Of a stretch of DNA of 64,000 nt, positions 60,746-64,000 are shown piece after piece. This DNA is from an uncultured bacterium (GTDB lineage Bacteria > Oederibacteriota > PGYV01 > CAWJRG01): contig CAWJRG010000009.1 of NCBI GenBank assembly GCA_963845185.1, forward strand, positions 936,315-1,000,314. Direction: 5' to 3'. Each line of letters starts with the position of its first letter. The stretch's first letter is position 1. The translations under genes were made by a program, and so were the position numbers. The notes under the pieces are model-generated. The model was not told the DNA's origin. It made no database searches and worked only from the letters and a program-made list of their open reading frames with translations.

Positions 60746-61796
60746 TTATTTGCTCTTCCAGACAACCTTGCCTTCTTTGTCTATATATTCTACTTTATTG
60801 CCGGCTTTCACCATCGCGAAGCCCGGAAGAAAAAGGCCAGGCATTGTCATAAACAGGTTTCAGCACTATTTTGCCGGCAGTATCGATATATCCCCATTTT
60901 TCACCTTTTCTGGCTGCCGCCAGGCCCCCGGAAAATTTTGACGCTTCGTCAAAATCAGGGCTTATTACAACCCCGTCCTTATTGATAAACTTATAATTCA
61001 ATTTCCCGCCGGAATTGGCTTCCTCAACAGCAGCAAAGCCTTCGGAAAACGAATCCGCAAAATCAAATTGCGGGTTTATCTCCATCCCTTTCGTGTCGAT
61101 ATAAGTCCATTTTTCCCCTTTCTTTACCGCAGCAAGCCCTTCTGAAAAAGTACCGGCATCATCATACCATCCGCTTATTGCCTTGCCGGTCCTGTCAATG
61201 AACTTATACTTCCAGGTTTTGCCAGTGTTGCTGCCTCCGCCACCGTCCCCTGATTCATCTTCCGGGGTTGTATTATCGGCCATGTACACCTCCCCGACCA
61301 CGGCAAAACCTCCGTAAAACATATCTGCAGAATCAAACCGGGGCAGTATTGCAATTTCCCCCGCCTTATTTATATATCCCCACTTATCGCCGATTTTTAT
61401 TGCTGCCAGCCCGCCGGAAAACTCCCTTGCATCGTCAAACCGCGGTTTTATTATCATTTGCCCGTTCCTGTCCATGTAACCGTACTTTTTTTCCGCCTTT
61501 ATCCTGACAAGTCCCTCGGAAAATATATCGAGAGGTTCAAACTGCAGCTGCAATATCATTTTGCCTCCGCTGTCTATGTATCCTATTTTGTTTTCCAGTT
61601 TTACCCTTGCAAGTCCCTGGAAAAACGGATATGCAAAATCATACTGTGGCGCTATGACTGTATTCCCCGATGCGTCCATATACCCGTATTTTTTGTCCTG
61701 GTCCCATATCACAAATAAAGCTGGATTCTTTTCTGTCCCTGCATAAACAGGCATGATAAAAAGCACGATCAAGGCAAGTAAAAATATTTTTTTCAT
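60746..61796 (-). CDS. WG (KWG) repeat secreted protein, apparent frameshift in the last repeat
   Basis: Repeated FSEGLA.VK...KWGYID..G units; removing one G at 60822-60824 gives GFAMVKAGNKVEYIDKEGKVVWKSK ending at 60746 (ORF as assembled ends at 60795). Confidence 0.88.
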
Positions 61797-61835
61797 CCTA
61801 TTTCTCCATTTTTTAACGGTATTTTGAATACCGTA

Positions 61836-62114
61836 TTACTTCTTATGTATATCCTGCTCTTCCTGGAAAATCGGTTTGTGCTGGGGATTGTACACTATCT
61901 TATATGGCTTGCCGTCGATTTTAATTATTATGCCTCCTGCCCTTGTCTCAAGATTGTCCGGAAGCACATACTGATTAGAATTATAAAGAGTTTTTTTCGG
62001 GGCTATCAAAAACTGGTCAAAGGCTATTCCGGCAATAAACGCAGCCATGGCTATCCCGATTGCCAGATATAACCTGTTGGTTTTCTCATCTGTAGAATTG
62101 TCTTTATTGGCCAT
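61836..62114 (-). CDS. Small hypothetical single-TM protein
   Basis: ATG 62114 behind GGAGGAG; one hydrophobic segment. Confidence 0.65.
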   Translation of the reverse strand: MANKDNSTDEKTNRLYLAIGIAMAAFIAGIAFDQFLIAPKKTLYNSNQYVLPDNLETRAGGIIIKIDGKPYKIVYNPQHKPIFQEEQDIHKK

Positions 62115-62174
62115 TTTATTCTCCTCCATTTGATTAACCCATGTCCGGCAGTGTTGCATGCCGCGGGCGGCTAG

Positions 62175-62241
62175 CCATAAACCTGAACGTAGTGAATGGT
62201 TTATGGTTGTTTTGGCAGAGACAGGCCCGAGGCCTGTCTCT
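62175..62241. repeat. Two intergenic REP-like hairpins
   Basis: CCATAAACC-14 nt-GGTTTATGG (62175-62206) and AGAGACAGGCC-CGA-GGCCTGTCTCT (62217-62241). Confidence 0.7.
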
Positions 62242-62304
62242 ATATTTTAATTCAAATTATTGCAAACTTCATTGAAAATTAAAAATTCTTAATTGATAAT
62301 TTTT

Positions 62305-62679
62305 TTACTTTGCCCCAAATTTTATTAATAAATCTTTAATAACATTATTCTTGATTTCATTTACTGCCCTTGATAAAGCCGTTCCTTTATAATTATCAAT
62401 TATATTCACATTTGCCTTTGCTGAAAGCAGGATTTTGACCATTTCAACATCTGCCCTTTCAACTGCGCGCATGAGTGCTGTAATGCCGTCCTTGCCGCGG
62501 CCGTTCAAATCCGCTTTTGCCGAAATCAGGTATTTAACCGCGTCTTTATGGCCGTAATACGCTGCACAGACAATTGCAGGTACGTTGTCAATGTCTTTGG
62601 CATTGGCGCTCGCGCCTTTTTTAATTTGCTCTTTTATTGCTTCCACATCGCCTTTTTTCGCCGCTTCAAGAATGTCCAT
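62305..62679 (-). CDS. Ankyrin repeat protein
   Basis: AA..G...AVKYLI...ADLN...G.TALMRA...VKILL...ANVN. Confidence 0.93.
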   Translation of the reverse strand: MDILEAAKKGDVEAIKEQIKKGASANAKDIDNVPAIVCAAYYGHKDAVKYLISAKADLNGRGKDGITALMRAVERADVEMVKILLSAKANVNIIDNYKGTALSRAVNEIKNNVIKDLLIKFGAK

Positions 62680-62747
62680 ACATCCTCCATTTGGAATTTA
62701 GGATTTGGGATTCAAAAAAATCTCCATTAACATCCTTTCCCGTATTT

Positions 62748-63260
62748 TCACTGTATTTGAATGTCCCCGTATGTCTGGTCCGTGCCTGCCGTGATATAGC
62801 ACCTGTAAATCCATCCCGGCTGGAATCCCTGAGTTGATATTAATACGTCATAGGCTCCGGCCAGAGAATTATTATATGAAGTTGAAAAAACATCTGTTGC
62901 TGGATTTTTATAAATGTCAATATTTACGTTGGCTGTTGCCGATAATGTAAATCTAATATGAATTACCTGGCCCGCGCTTATTGGGTTGGGATATGCCAAT
63001 GAAGAAAGGCATGCTGCGGGGCATGGAGGAGTGGCGCAGGCAGTAGGTGTACAATTCGGGTTGCAAATTACACCCGCAGGCTTCCAGTCATCCGGGTCAA
63101 CAGAAATAATATTTCCTGTAGAATCAGCCTGGGTTATTCCGGTATATTGTGATACTGCCGGCGTCGGCGTCGGAGAAGAAGAAGCCGGGGATTTTTTCGA
63201 GCAGGTAATGGAAATCAAAACTGTAATAAGAATAAGTGCCGGGATTAAAATTTTTTTCAT
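62748..63260 (-). CDS. Lipoprotein with Cys/Pro-rich linker and YPNP-type Ig-like domain
   Basis: Lipobox-like SITC; CNPNCTPTACATPPCPAAC; LAYPNP...IDIY...GWIY. Confidence 0.7.
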   Translation of the reverse strand: MKKILIPALILITVLISITCSKKSPASSSPTPTPAVSQYTGITQADSTGNIISVDPDDWKPAGVICNPNCTPTACATPPCPAACLSSLAYPNPISAGQVIHIRFTLSATANVNIDIYKNPATDVFSTSYNNSLAGAYDVLISTQGFQPGWIYRCYITAGTDQTYGDIQIQ

Positions 63261-63892
63261 GGATGGAATACCTCGATTCTGTTATTGCCTGTATCTGCAA
63301 CATACACGTTTCCGCTGCTGTCTGCTGCCACTACATAAGGGCTGTTAAACTGCCCGTTGCCGGTTCCCAAACTGCCCCATTGGGTGATATATGCACCTGC
63401 ACTGCTGAATTCCTGTATTCTGTTATTACCTATGTCTGCAACATACACGTTTCCGCTGCCGGATACTGCTATTCCCCAGGGTCCAAGAACACCAAACTGG
63501 AATTTGCCCCATTGGGTTATATATGTCCCTGTACTGCTGAGTTTTTGTATCCTTCTATTATAATTGTCGCTAACATAAATGTTTCCGCTGCTGTCTACTG
63601 CCACATCAACAGGATTCGCAAACTGCCCGTTGCCGCCTTCAGGACTGCCCCATTGTGTTATATACGTGCCTATACTGCTGAATTCTTCTATTCTATAATT
63701 GTTCCCGTCTACAACATACACCCCGTTGATGTCCACTGCCACTCCCCACGGACTCTGGAACTGCCCGTTGCCTGTACCGGTAGTTCCCCAGCTAAGGATG
63801 AAACATGGTGGAGCAGTATCAGCAAATAAATTATTTGCCGCGAAAATAAATGTTGACAATAACAGGACAAACAAAAGATTTTTTATCCGCAT
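63257..63892 (-). CDS. Secreted NHL-repeat beta-propeller protein
   Basis: Four repeats of G.GNGQF..P..VAVDSSGNVYVAD..N.RI. Confidence 0.92.
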   Translation of the reverse strand: MRIKNLLFVLLLSTFIFAANNLFADTAPPCFILSWGTTGTGNGQFQSPWGVAVDINGVYVVDGNNYRIEEFSSIGTYITQWGSPEGGNGQFANPVDVAVDSSGNIYVSDNYNRRIQKLSSTGTYITQWGKFQFGVLGPWGIAVSGSGNVYVADIGNNRIQEFSSAGAYITQWGSLGTGNGQFNSPYVVAADSSGNVYVADTGNNRIEVFHP

Positions 63893-64000
63893 TTTATTCC
63901 TCTATTTCTGAAACTCGTGCTCAAATATAATAATATTATAACATATTTTTTGATAAATGGGCAAATCCCCCTTTGTCCCAATATTTATAGAGACACGCCA

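Noticed and set aside
57472..63892. Integron cassette array or diversity-generating retroelement
   Set aside because: No attC-like RYYYAAC...GTTRRRY sites recognised, no integrase or reverse transcriptase, and no template/variable repeat pair differing at adenines.

Overview
AT-rich chromosomal window from a probably diderm, non-Bacteroidota bacterium (strong AGGAG(G) Shine-Dalgarno sites, TTGACA/TATAAT-type promoters, a PorV-like barrel); most genes lie on the minus strand. Housekeeping blocks: ftsH-folE-folP-dacA-cdaR-pdxJ, ribH-nusB, DUF47-pit, speD-dksA-rsmD, tRNA-Leu(GAG), nth, smc-ftsY-recJ. Accessory content: (i) a sensor-less histidine kinase and sigma-54 activator followed by a readable sigma-54 promoter with two TGT-N10-ACA sites upstream of a PilZ gene and a small HTH gene; (ii) an 1824-aa GH116-malectin protein with a ~590-aa alternating-Thr stalk and T9SS-like C-terminal domain, a second such substrate coupled to a PorV-like gene, and a nearby pair of putative glycosyl-transfer enzymes (DUF2723 and O-antigen-ligase-like); (iii) an FHA-class III cyclase with non-canonical active-site residues; (iv) two LacI homologues that seem to have lost DNA binding; (v) a 151-bp MITE carrying a REP-like palindrome, a deleted IS1182-type element inserted in a REP hairpin, and an IS1380 element splitting a TPR gene with a 5-bp target duplication. 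Four single-base homopolymer indels may be assembly errors. No CRISPR array, rRNA, integron or prophage was seen. All family calls are from motif recognition by eye; no searches were run.
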